Assembly (NCBI RefSeq): GCF_018977255.1 | Contig: NW_024704743.1 | Span: 2,170,001 to 2,234,000 of the forward strand | Length of the DNA stretch: 64,000 nucleotides | Direction: 5' to 3' | Source of the DNA: Callorhinchus milii | Taxonomy: Eukaryota | Part shown: positions 24,201 to 37,295 of the stretch, in pieces | How positions within the stretch are numbered: position 1 is the first letter of the stretch | How the letters are laid out: every line of letters starts with the position of its first letter | Notes under the pieces: generated by a model | The model's input: only the letters and a program-made list of their open reading frames with translations | Told to the model about the DNA's origin: nothing | The model's database searches: none | Program-made: the position numbers and the translations under genes

Positions 24201-27200
24201 GCTCTGAAGTTAATAACCAATTTTATTTGGAGGATTGGAATATTAGGAAATAGGAATTGAAAGTTGCGGTGTTTATAACTTTTTTTAAAAGCTCTTCGGG
24301 ACATTTATTTTACATGAAAGAGGCCACAAGTTAACTTAACCATTCTTGAAGGATTCTTTCATTTGCTTTTTAGAATTTGCTTAATTTTATTGACCCTGAT
24401 ACTATATAGAACTTGGGAATTGATTTGTGAGAAGTAAAGAATCTTAATTGGATAAACACGTTAGAGGCTGAGAGAGGTTTGACAGATTGCAAATGATACT
24501 TGGGATGGTATTGTCCTGCTGCCTCCAGACTATCGTTTGTGCCGGCAGAAATTGCCGCATATTATGGGCTAGCAGAGAAGTTACTTTTGGATGCATCTGA
24601 TCAAAGGCTGTCTGCTTATTATCAGAAACAGAATTGTGACAATTGGTGGCAAAATGGTACCATTATTAATAAATTGCACCCACGGCGTTTGTATGCAGCA
24701 AAAGAAATGTTGGTGCAAACCTAACGGGTTTGATATGACTGAGATTCAAGGCTTTGGCAGCACAAGATCCACCAGCAGGTGTTGGCTCTGGTGCCTGTCA
24801 GACAGCACAAGCTGCAAGCACACTGGGGGAGACAATATAAAGCCATCAATAAACAACACTGTGAATTCCGTGGTTAAGCTTCCGTTGCACTCACATGAAC
24901 AGCAAGTTTATCATGTCAACATGAGACAGTTCTGTGTAGCAGTGTTGTCTTTTTGTCCATAAAGATGGCAATGATAGTAATCGTTGCATTTGGTATAGTG
25001 GCTTTCAAGTCGGGAGGACTTATCAACGTCTCGGATATACTGTAAAGTACAGTGATTTATGTATTTTGTAGGCGAAAAATAGCACCTGAAATGGTCGTAG
25101 CAAATCACTGACTTATTCTCACTGCTCAAAGATTTGAGCGCTGCGTTTCGCCAACAAAGTAAACAATTCAATTTACAGTATATTCTGTGAAGCGCTTTGA
25201 GACGTCTCGATGATGTGATAGGGGGCTACATCAAATCCAACGTTTATTATTAATTATGGTTCACGGACTGAGTCCCAGCTCTCCCCACCTAAATCTATCG
25301 ACTACAGTTAATTTCTGAGCAGCGAGAACAAGTTAGTGAATTGCTGCTAGCATTTTAGGCGCTATTTTCAGGATGATCTGAGAAGAACCAATATGTTTTT
25401 ACAAAGACGCTGAACAAATCCAATCCACCAAAGACTATATAAAGTGCCATACAAGGCTAAGAATTTTTAAAATTTCATTTAAAGCAGTATCTTTGTAAAT
25501 TTTCGTCGAATTACAGACATCAAATTAGATAAATCCGTCACAGCTTCAGAGATTGTTGATGGTTCATCTCCTCAATTTAGAGATTGAAAATGATACTTCA
25601 GAAGTATTTTCTTGAGAGGATAGTTTCAAATATTTGTATGATTTATTATTGCTCATTTTCCCAAACCAAAGTTGATTTAAGTAGTGGCCCTTGTTCATTT
25701 CATTCATTAACCAGCACATCTTACTGAGCCTCCTGTGGTGAATTGCTAACTTATAAAGACAGACCTGTTGATTGTGTTGTGCCTTGAGCCTTAACCCAGG
25801 CTATGAATGACTTGCCAAAGACTAATCGCCTGTCCAAGTGAAGTACACAGATTTCTTGTCTGTGCACCAACTCGATCCAAATTAATATTGTTCCCAAAAG
25901 CATGTTTGGAAACAGCCCTGACGAAAAAAATTACTGAAGTCTACAATTAGATTGGTTATGTGAGGTTGCTTGTCACAAAAACAAAATCTGTTTCACAACT
26001 TCCTTTACTTTACTTGGTTGAAAATGTGTTAAAATATCCATGTTGGCAGATATCCATGTTGGCATTCTTAAATTTAAATTGCTACATTGAACTGAAGATT
26101 AATTATATTAAAAATACCTTGAGAGTGGTTCAATATTCCCCCTGCCCAAAATAAAACTTGTATATAATGTATATTTAAGTCGAAGTTGAGTTTGCTCCAG
26201 CTGTAATCAGACTAGAATTATTCTGCAGTTTACCCAAAGCAAATTCTGTTGCTTCCTTTAGGGTAGCTTCCCACCTCTTCCCCGAATGATGTTAATTCAA
26301 CGTATACCAAGTTGGGGTACAGCAATTGGTATTAGCGCCATTGGTTTAGGAAAGGGAAGGCCAGGGACCCCTCCTGGAAGGGGTGGCAATGTTGAGAGAG
26401 GATTGGATTCAGCTGTTATTTCCTCTACAGCCGAATAGTCTTTCAAACTCTCTGCCAAGACCCGCACATGAATACGGGCCGTTTAGTTGATGTGTTGGAG
26501 GTTGTTGGGTTCCTTTGGACCTCGACCACAGAAAGAAAAAAAAATTCAAACCATTTTCAGGATAGGATGCGGGTGGGGGTGGGGGGGGGAGTGGAGAGGC
26601 AGACGATTGACAGGAAAAAATAATAATGCTATATTTGTTATTTACAGAATGTGCCTGGGCAACAAAACCTGAATAAGCTACCAAATCAGTTCCAAGCTTC
26701 TCAGCGAAACAGCAACCTGCGAGAATTGCCTGTTGCTCCTCATAACGCTGGTGTGAGACAGCACCGACCGATGTCAGCTCCTCCTGCCCAGCCTTTATCT
26801 ACTTCCTGGGCAAAACCCATCACCCCAACTCAAGCAGCTCCCCGAATGAAACAGATGGGACAGACTGCTCAAATTGCACCCAGTGTCAACGCGCCCCAGA
26901 AGCCCCCACAACCGAAATACACAAAACAGAAATCACAGGACCCTGTGGCAGCAGAGGTCAGTCTTCTTTTTTTTCTTCTGGTTCAATTAAGCTGCTTTTC
27001 CAGTACGTCATCTGAAGCACAGAAATAGTGATGTGGATCCAGATTACTGGTTGGTCGGTTTGTATGGATATAATAATTTGATTTGTTTACTGAAAATATC
27101 AGATATTCCTATTGCCTTGTAATGCTTTTAGTGCCTTTAAGAGCTCTGATCCTACCCCAAGCGAAGGGCGTTAATTAAATGCACGTTGTGTCGCAACAAT

Positions 27201-30200
27201 TTTTTGGTCAAATTCAGTAACGCAAGTGTACATATTTTTAGGGGGAGGTAGGTCCAACTGGATAGAGGGAAAAGGAGAGAAGAATGGAAGGAATCCTGCT
27301 GATATTTTTCATCGTTTCTTTTTGGTAGAATTAGTGGGATTATAATATAATTTCCAAAACCACTGCAGAAAGGGTTGCAAAGTGTCTTGGCTCCACAGAA
27401 TGTAGCGTAACCTCGATAAAGATCTTAAGGCACCGTTTAGATTTTACAGTTTGCTCCCAGAGTGTTTTTAGCTGACTTGTTTTGCTGCTGTGACATTTGG
27501 GCAGGATAGCTTTATTAATATTAATGTTTTTTTTTAATGGCCGCATTACATTTTGTTAATAGGGTGATCATTTAAATTACATACTTCAGCACATGATCAG
27601 TGGGTCTTGGCAGCTTGAGTAGTGTACACAATCAGGAGACAAAGTAGCTTTATCCCTGTTAAGTAGCCGGTTCCCAGGAGCTGTCTATCCCAAAGGAAAA
27701 TGTCTACTGGGAAGCAATGTAATAAAGGTAAGCGTTTAATTGCTCGTATCTTGAAACTGAGCAGGTTGCATTCTTGGGTGTGATCCCAGAATGGGTGTAT
27801 CTAAAGCCTATTCTAATACCTTTGGTTTAATTTACCTGAGAAAAACAAATTTCAGCCTTCTGTAACGACAAAAGCCGTGTTTCATTCACAAAAAATAAAT
27901 CTGCCTTTTGCTTTTGAAATTGCGCTGTGTCGAATCACGGTCTTGGCATTCCTCCCTAGTTCTGAGTGCTGATTGCAGTTCCAAATCAATTGGGTTCAGC
28001 ACTGGCCGTGATTTGAGCCCGCAGCTTGAAGTGTCTCGGTGTGGGAGCACTCTGTGCCACTGATGTATAAAATCATTGTGTGTCTCTGTATTCTGACAAA
28101 CAGAAAAGTTAAATTGACATGCAGTAAAATTGGTCTGATGGCTAATAGCTAAATAAAAAATAATAATCCTTGCATTTGACGTAGCGCCTTATCACGGCTT
28201 CAAGACGTCTCAGAGCGCTTCACAGAACGTACCGTAAAGTGAATTGACTGTATAATTTGTGGGCAAAACTGTTACCTGTTACCTGATAGTTGTTACTCAA
28301 TTGTAGAAAACGTCATGCAGACATTTCTGTGTATTGAGCACTAATTTTTTACGGTCAGTAGAGAAGCGATTCGCTTAATTTCTTTTAATCAAATCGTTCT
28401 GAAAACTCGATTGAAAAGATTTTCATGGACATTTTCGGCGGATGGGAAGAGTCTAAAGACTGAATGTTGTCTTTGTACAAATTCGGTTCTTTACTCTGGT
28501 CATCCTGCTTTGCCTTCCATCTACCTGTCGAGGTGGGAGTGAAGATGCAATACAAAATTTACATTAATATAGCACCTTTCCCAAGATGGTATTCAAAAAG
28601 GGAAATGAGTTTCTTCCAGTGTCCTGACCAACAATACCTCAGATAAAATTGGCCATTCATTTCATGGCTATTTGTGGGTCATTGCTGTTCAGAAATTAGC
28701 TTCTGCCTTCTCCCACAAAACACACAGTGAAATCCTGTAAAGTGTTTTGAAACTTCCTCCCGACATGAAATGCGCTGTACTAAATGTAAGGATTATCGTT
28801 AAATTCTCCTTTCTTTTTTCACTGCTCATTGCTCCCTATTGTCTTTGTGAAGCACTTTGAGATGTTGCATTTATATAATGCCTTTCAGGTCAACTAAACC
28901 TCTTGAAGTGCTTTATAAAAATAGCTGTGTAGATGTGTAAATTAGACCGTGAACAGTGAAGTTAGAAGTTCGGAGGTGTTTGACTTATGATCCCTTTGGA
29001 GTAAAGAATTAACAGATTGGGAAGTTACACAAGATACCAAAACACTTTGGATAATAATTATTAATTAATGATAAATTATCTTTGTGTGAACCTAGATTAT
29101 GAGCATCTTGAGGATATCCTCACATCGTGTAAGGTGCTATATAAATGTCCCAAACAAAAAAAAAAGACATTAAGAACAGCTGTATTGCCCTTGCTGAGAT
29201 CAGTAAATCAGCATAGAGTGGGGATGGAATCTGCAATCTTCTGCTCTGTGTGGTTTAAGATTCACTGTGTGCAGCATTTACTGACTGGGCCATTGGGGAA
29301 TAATCTGCACTGTATTGGAAGACTATTGTCTTTAAATTGTCAGTTGAATGATATCAGGCACCTTTTGAAAGGAAAGGATTTAGACAAGTAGAAATTGTTG
29401 GATTCTTGAGACACAATTAGCTCAAGGTCAAAAGGATTGACTGAACTGTTGATTAGACTCAATTATTAAGTTACAAATTAGTTTGAACTCAGGCTGAGAA
29501 ATTCTATAGAAAATCAATATTTCTGATCATGGCTTTTTCGGGTTGTGTTGCATTTTGCTTTTGTAACTGGCTCAGGGTGATAATTACTGTATGACAACAG
29601 GCACAGACTGAAGAGTTGTGTACAGAATCTCAAAATGTCCAATAAAAGACCCAGAGTAACAATAAGTATTTTGATATTTTGTTTGATTGCATTCTATTCT
29701 CATAAGCGTTTCAGTTGATTGCTTTTGTAAACCTTGATTGCCATTGTATAGTCACTTTTTGTTTTATATGCTAACACCGAAGTCGTTAATTGATACATCT
29801 ACATTTAGAATATGCTGGACAAATGTGTCAAAATGCATGAAGAATCATAAACAGTAAAGCCTGCATGATGTCTATAATAATAATAATAAACCTTGCATTT
29901 GATATAGCGCTTTTCACGTCTTCTAGACGTCTCAAAGAACTTCATAGAATATACTGTAAAGTGAATTGACTGTATATTTGTGGGCGAAACGTGGAGGCCA
30001 ATTGCGCACAGCAGCGTCCCCGCAAACAGTCGTTGATTGAGTGACCAAATTATTATTGTTTTTTTTTCTTGAGGGATTATTATCAGGTGTGTGGAGTAAG
30101 GAGTAAACTTGCCCAAGGTTTCGCCCTGCTGGGAATCGAACCCACGTCTCTCGCTTGCAAAGCGAGAGCTCTAACCACTGAGCTACAGGACTCTAAAGGT

Positions 30201-31130
30201 TGAGGGAAGCATTGTTTTAATAACTCAGATAATGAAATCCCAGTTATTGTTTTATATTATTTTATCCCCGCATCGAAGAATTTAGATTGAAAATTCAGAT
30301 AGTTTTAAAATCTGGCCGTCTTAATTTCAAATGTTAATTCAAATGGCAATGATAGGTTTATTTAAGAAACGTTCATTTTTGTAATGGGAGGATCCTTCTA
30401 GAAGGATGAGGTTTACTTGGCCAAATTGCGCTGTTCAGTTGATCCTCTTTTGTAGTCCTGAGATATTTATAAAGGTGCCTATCATGAGAGTCTCATTGTC
30501 CCATTCAAGCGCTCTGAGACGCCGTCTGGCGTGGAGGGCGCTGTATAAATCCAAGAAGTTGTTGTTGTTTCTGCTAGAGAACATTTATCATTGCTTCAGG
30601 AGAGCATCTCCAAATATCCAGCACCCACATTGGAGTGCCAGCATAGACTTCCAAGTTCCAAGTCCTCTATCTTTTCCCTCCTTCCCTAACCCAGGTGAAA
30701 CTGAAGCTGTCGCACTCCTGCTGCTACCTGCTTAAGATGTACTAACCCACTAAGCTTGCATTCTCCTGGTCAATATAAGCTTGGTGGTACACCAGTGGGC
30801 TCCTTGTAATTAAGGAAAATTGTTTTTCTTTAAGTCTTGTTGATTGCAAAGTACCAACAGAATTTTTCGATGTGTAATGTACAGTTTCTAAATTATATTT
30901 AAAATTGTCTATTGTAATGTGGCTGTTCTGTTTGTTGTTTTATTTTTCAACCTTCAGTTATCGGATGAAGATGAGGAAACCAGGATATATCGTTTGAAAA
31001 TTGAGGAACAGAAAAGACTTCGAGAAGAAATTCTGAGACAGAAGGAACTCCGACGGCAGCAGCAGGCTGGAGCTCGCAAGAAGGAACTGCTGGAAAGACT
31101 TGCACAGCAACAGCAGCAGCAGCAGCAGCG

Positions 31131-31161
<31 letters not shown>

Positions 31162-34100
31162 TGTTCTGTACAGCCCCCACTACAACACCATCCAGCAAAC
31201 GCACCACAGATTTTCCAGAACTGTAACCCATCTACACCACAGGCTGCAAGCCCTGCGCAGCCAAGCATAAAGACCAGACTATTTTCGAAGAAACTTGGTG
31301 TAGGTGTAGGACTGCAACTGCAACCAAATAAAATCCAAGAGGTTGGAAATATTCTTCACCTCCAGACAGAAATGAGAAAGAACATTGTTAACCAAATCAA
31401 ACAGATCAGACCTTCTCCCCCAAACCAGTCTCAAGGACCGGCACAATCTAAACCCGTTGGTACACCAGGCCCAAGTGTGTTGCCTGGGAAGATGGGTGTT
31501 TCCACAGTCAATCAACTCGAGTTAAAACCTGGAGTGAAAAGGACTGTGATGCAAAGAATGAATAGCGGAGGAGGAGGAGGAGGGGGTGATGGGCCTCACA
31601 TCAATCCCAAAATAAGGGTCCTTAAGCTACCAGTTATGGTAAGAACCAAGTTTCTTTACAAATACTAATATATAATAATCCTTACATTTGATATAGCGCC
31701 TCATAACGTCTTCTTGACGTCTCAAAGTACTGCGCAGATTCTACTGTAAGGTGAATTGATTACGTTTTGTAGGCGAAACGCAGCAGCAAATTGTGCATGG
31801 CACTGTCCCACAAAGAGTCGTGGATTAAGTGATCAAATTATTCTTATAAATTTTTTTTGACGGATTATTACCCCGGAAACTGTTCCGCCAATCGACTATC
31901 AACTGGGTTCCTACTTACTGCTAGGTAAACAGAGGCGTATGGAGTAAGGAAACTTACCCAGTGTTTCTCCCTGCCTGGTATCAAATCCAAGTCCTCTCGC
32001 TTACTAGGTGAGTGCTGTAACCATGAAAAGAGGTGTAAAGTGGATTTAATAGTGACTATATTTGTCAGGCATTTTCGTTAGTAGAGATCTAATACCGAAA
32101 GCATATCTGAGGAAGGAAAACTGAAAACTAATTGAGACACCTACTGCAGTGGCTATCAATGATTATACAAATCGGTTGTCTCGGTCTGCTGAATCTTGAC
32201 TTTTGTTTTTTTGTTCTTCAATCTCTTTCTGGTTATTTTTCAAGCTCAATGAAAACAAATGTTCAAGCTGGTTAGTTTCTGTTGAAGAAATTCTAATATC
32301 TGGCAAACCTTTTCCAAGTCCAATTTGCTCAAATACCATGAATAGTAATTTTCATAGCAATTTTTTCAAGGAATCCAATGTACATCAGTGATTTAGCCCC
32401 GGTGTATTCAAATGCATTTCCAACGATCTTAAATGAATAGTGGAATCTCTGCCTACGTCTGTCTTGTGATGTGTCAAAATTGCAGTATGCATTTGGGTCT
32501 TGGAAAGTGCTTCCCTATGGCACAATCCAAATGTTGTACCTGCTACTAAATCACCTCTGAAGCTGACTTTGTTTGCCGGAGGGTGCTGCTTTTCAGAGCG
32601 AAAATATTATTCCGTTACAGCTGCTACACTCTGTAGAGTGAAATCTCTTGTAGGTAAAACCCATGTGTGCTAATTAGACCTTCGACTGATGTTAATGGAT
32701 CTTTGAACTGTTCAATGTTTTCTTGGTCTAGGGTGAAAGAATTATGCTAAATCTGGTTATTTTCTCCTACCTGCCACCGGGATTTAAACAGGAATCTGAC
32801 GTTTTGTTTTGCGGGTGGTAATAAAGCATTGTGTCAGGATTTTAATAGATTGTTGTCTCGCCAGGCCTGCCAGCAGCTGGATTGGTGGCAATACCTTTGA
32901 CAGAGGAGTGCAGCCTTTTTGTAAAGGGAATCCATGAGATGCTGTCCGGGAAGCTACTCTGCTGTCGTTCTATGTACTCTGACAATGTTATCTTTTCTCT
33001 CAGTACAGAGTATCAAATGTCTGTCAGGAATACAGAAATTAATTTAATGTCACCTGACGTGCAATTAATCTTTAGCGGTTTTCATAATACCTGTGCAGAA
33101 AGAGTTGCCAGTTTCCGGGATTTGGATTTCACAGCTTAGTTGTAGATAAGGGAAATTAATTTTTCATCAGGGTTGGTACAGGCTAGTGAGACCACAAAGA
33201 CCGCAGAAAATGGATGGGGAATTTGTCATGTGTTGTCACTCCAGAATAATGGTACTTAACATTTGATAGGTGTAATCAGGAGAGGTGCGATTTCTATAGA
33301 AAGGGATTAATCAATTTGCACTGTGCTGAATGTGGATGGTGTTATCGCCACTTGCTGGGGTTTTGGAATGGAAATGAGATTTGATCTGTCAGATTTTGAA
33401 GGACTTTTGGAAAAGATTTTATCCCAGACAAAACAGCGAGTTGTGTTTTGAGTTTTAGTAAATAAAAAAAAATTGTTGACAGATGCATGTACTTCGTACT
33501 GTACTTGGAAAATTGAAACTATGCCTCTGCTGTGAATTAAAACCACAGCTTAAAACATAATAGTTTTTAAAAAAAAGTTAAAATTGGGGAAAATGTAGTA
33601 CTTTTAAGGTTTAAAAGTTATTTTGGAATCTTAAGTGTGGTCACACCTTTAATCAATATGAAGGCTATTCTGTGGCACTATAAAACATCTCTATTAAGAT
33701 TTTAACTAATTTCATACATTTAAAGATTTTAAACTTGTTCTATGTTTCGTCACAGCGTTGAAAACAATAAGTTATCAATTATAGGAAATTTTCCTATAGG
33801 CACTAAATATTTGTTTTGTTACATTATAATTATAACATGAAATATTTTTTAAAAAGTGCAATTTGGATCACATTGCAGAGGTTTGTAAGTCAATATATAA
33901 TAAACTTTCAGTTAAAAATCATACTTGCTCCTGAAACATGAATGAAGTGCTCTAAACAACACAACCCAATGCTTTTTATTCCAAGTCCTAGTTGTGCTTT
34001 GAAGTTTTTAGTGGGATTCCACGTTACCAACAATTCCTAGTTAAATTGATACCATTTGATGATTTGGTATGTCAGTGGTTCATTTTAGCTCATTTTTGAT

Positions 34101-37100
34101 TATGGTCCACAGTATTTATATCAGGATCTTTGTAAATTGAAGCGGAACAGGGTGAAGGACAGTGAGTAAAGATAAGCAGGATGGTAGGAAGAATGCAGGG
34201 CTAAACTTTGAAATTTGCTTATTGGAGGAGGGATAAGCAATAGAAAAAAAGCAATTGGGAAGAAAGTGAGAAAGTTTCAAGGATGTGATACATTTTGGGC
34301 AATAGTTCCAAATAGGCACTTGAGACGTAAACTGCACGTGTAAATATCTTTGTGATGAATGTGCACAGTGGCATATAAAGTGCTTCATCTTAGGCAACTA
34401 GCAATTTTAGAGTAAGAACATACGTAATTTATGATTGGGATCCCTAGCTTCCGAAATGCATGTATGTTGTTGGCCTTCACTGATGGTGCACTAGAAGCAG
34501 GTCGCTGTTTTAACCCAATTATCTATTTAGATCGTTCTGACCTAGTCTCAGCAGCTGGTGAGCATTAATTAGATCTGTTGTCCAACTGTAACCTACATCA
34601 GATTTTATCCTCAATATGTCTGTTGGATCCTCTATTATCACGGTCTCAGGTTAAGCCCTCTGGTCACAATTGTACATCTCCAATTCTCAGGAGATGTGCA
34701 TCTGAGTTTACATGCTCGCCTCCTTTTCCTTCTCATTTGCCGGTCCTTCACATGGCAATTCTTTCAAGAAGGAGTAGTCATCAATGTAACATCTAATTTT
34801 CCAAGAAAGTAGTTTATTCTCATAACAAATCTCAGAGCTTTAGGTTTTTCCACGTTAACCTGCATGCGACTTGCCATCGTTGTTCCCGTACCTGCAGCTT
34901 TTGCACATTGATTTTCAAATGATCCTTTTCCGTGGAAATCGTTTTGTGTCCCAACTTTTCGTCTAAGAAACGTGATCCACTTTTATTCAAGTTCTGCCCC
35001 GTTCTTGAATCTGACATTCTAAAGTTACTTTGGTCGCTCTCAACGCATCTCAGCATAAAATGCGTGAGCGCCTTGCCACCATCCTGTCTGCAGCTCGGAC
35101 ACACAGCCCTTCCCATTGAGTGATGGTTCCACCAGTTGGAGGTGTGGAGCTCAAGCAGCATCTGCTTACCTCTCCGCAAACCAATTGAAGTGGGTTCCAG
35201 ATGCTGGATCACAAATCCGTGTTCACAACTCAGACTCCAGGTAACGCCTTCCAGCAGCTGTGGCCGCAAGCCTCAAGAGTTTCCTCATCAGCTATCTGAT
35301 GGGCATCTGCCTTCAGTGTAGTGGGAGGATCTTTATAGGACAGCTTGTGATGTGCCAGCCACCTTGATGTTCTTGAAGTGAGTCCATCAGCAGCACAGTA
35401 TTATCTGCAAACAGAGGCACAGCAATCCTGTCAGAGAGGCCTGGAACAGATAACCAAGTCCTTCTCCCCCCCAATGCCATCCCAACACGTCATTGATGAA
35501 CACATCGAACAGGGTAGGTGATTATGGACAGCCTTGCCTTACCCTCTTTAAGAGGGATGTGCTGAGTGAGTCCACTGTCCACCCTTACACGGGTCTTGGA
35601 GCTGGAATACACATTCCAGATAAAATCCACGATTTCGCCAAGTGTTCCCATGGCTCCCAGTTTTTGTTACGAGGGCTTTATGCGGCACTAAGTCGAGCCT
35701 TGCTGTAGTTGATGAACCCAACGTAGGTGGGTTTCCCCTTACAACATTCTGTGATCTCATACAAAGCGACAACCTATCCCACACATTCCTCACAAGAACG
35801 GAAGCCTTCCTGATGTCTTCCCAGACATCTCTTAAATGTTTGACATAAAGTGGGGCGCACTTCTAAAGCGATTTGCCATCTTATGGTTTGCTGCCCAAAT
35901 TATTTTCTTGGTTACTTGTTTTTTTCTGCAATTTGCTTTATCTATGCTGTAGATAAGGGTTTATCCTGTGATCCATTTCACATTAATTCAGGGCTCCCTG
36001 GGGCTTTGTGCTCTCTCTGACTTTGTTCCTTCTCCACATCAATGACCACCTCTACTCATCCCATCTTATCCACTCTTGCAGATGATTCCATACTTCATTC
36101 ATCAGTTTCTTTCAGATCATATATTCAGGGCACACAACCTTCCTGCAGTGCAGTGGCTGAAACCTTGATCTCCTTCATGCCCTTCAGTAGGGAAATGATC
36201 TTGCTTCAATTCTGCAAAGACTGTTCCTTCACATTTCTTACTAACAAAACCACAGGTACCACATTTGACAGCAACACTCTTAATACTCCCATCTCTTAAC
36301 CTTGGCTTCACTATCTGATCTAAAATTCAATTCTCATCTCAATTGCTAAAGCATTCTCCGAGTCGCTAGGTTTCCTCTCCTGTGTAAAATGACCTTTCTC
36401 TCAGTTCTCCCCATAAAATTGGAAGTTGAACCACATTTTAAAAGCTGCTTCTATACATTTGGAAGTTTTTTTTTAGTACTTTGCACTCTAAGACTGAATA
36501 CAGGAAAATGCCATTCATTTCATAGCTTAATATTTTCTCTTTGATTGTTCTTTGGGTTATCTTTCTCCTCCCCAAGCACTTTGGCTAGCAGGGACTCTTA
36601 AGAATCCTCCTAACGTGAGAAGTGCGATATCAATCACAATGTATTAACTGCTAATAGCACTAAATAATAAAGGTAGGAATATCACTGTGATATGAAAATA
36701 TTACCGTATAACATTGAGGATATAAAAGATCATTTTTAGTTTGCTGTCTTTGTGGATGAATGAAAAGAAAAAAAATTGTGATCCTCCATTAATAATAATG
36801 CTTGCATTTGATACAGCACCTGATCACATCTTTGAGACATCTTAAAGTGCTTCACGGAATATACTGTAAAGTGAATTGAATGTATATTTTGTGGATGAAA
36901 CATTGTGAGGAGAGTAAATTTCAGTGTACTGTTCTATCCATCAGCAAACCCCACACCGATACCCATATACTGTCGTACGAGAGCATTTGTATAACTGAGA
37001 ACAAACTAGTCCACTGGATGTACATTGCGTAGGTATTTTGAATTTCTGCAAGGTCATACTGTACTTAGCACATGGTGAGCGGTAAAAGGTTTTATGTTGA

Positions 37101-37263
37101 GCGAAGACACTGAGCAGCATGATGCTGTGTTCTTACAGCAGGAGAGTGAGAACACCGTCTTCTCTCATCCCGAACCCCAACCGCAGCGGCAGCAGCAGCA
37201 GCAGCAGCAGCAACTCAAACAGCAGCCTGTTCGGAAGGTCACATTGGTTAAGGGAGCCCGACT

Positions 37264-37295
<32 letters not shown>

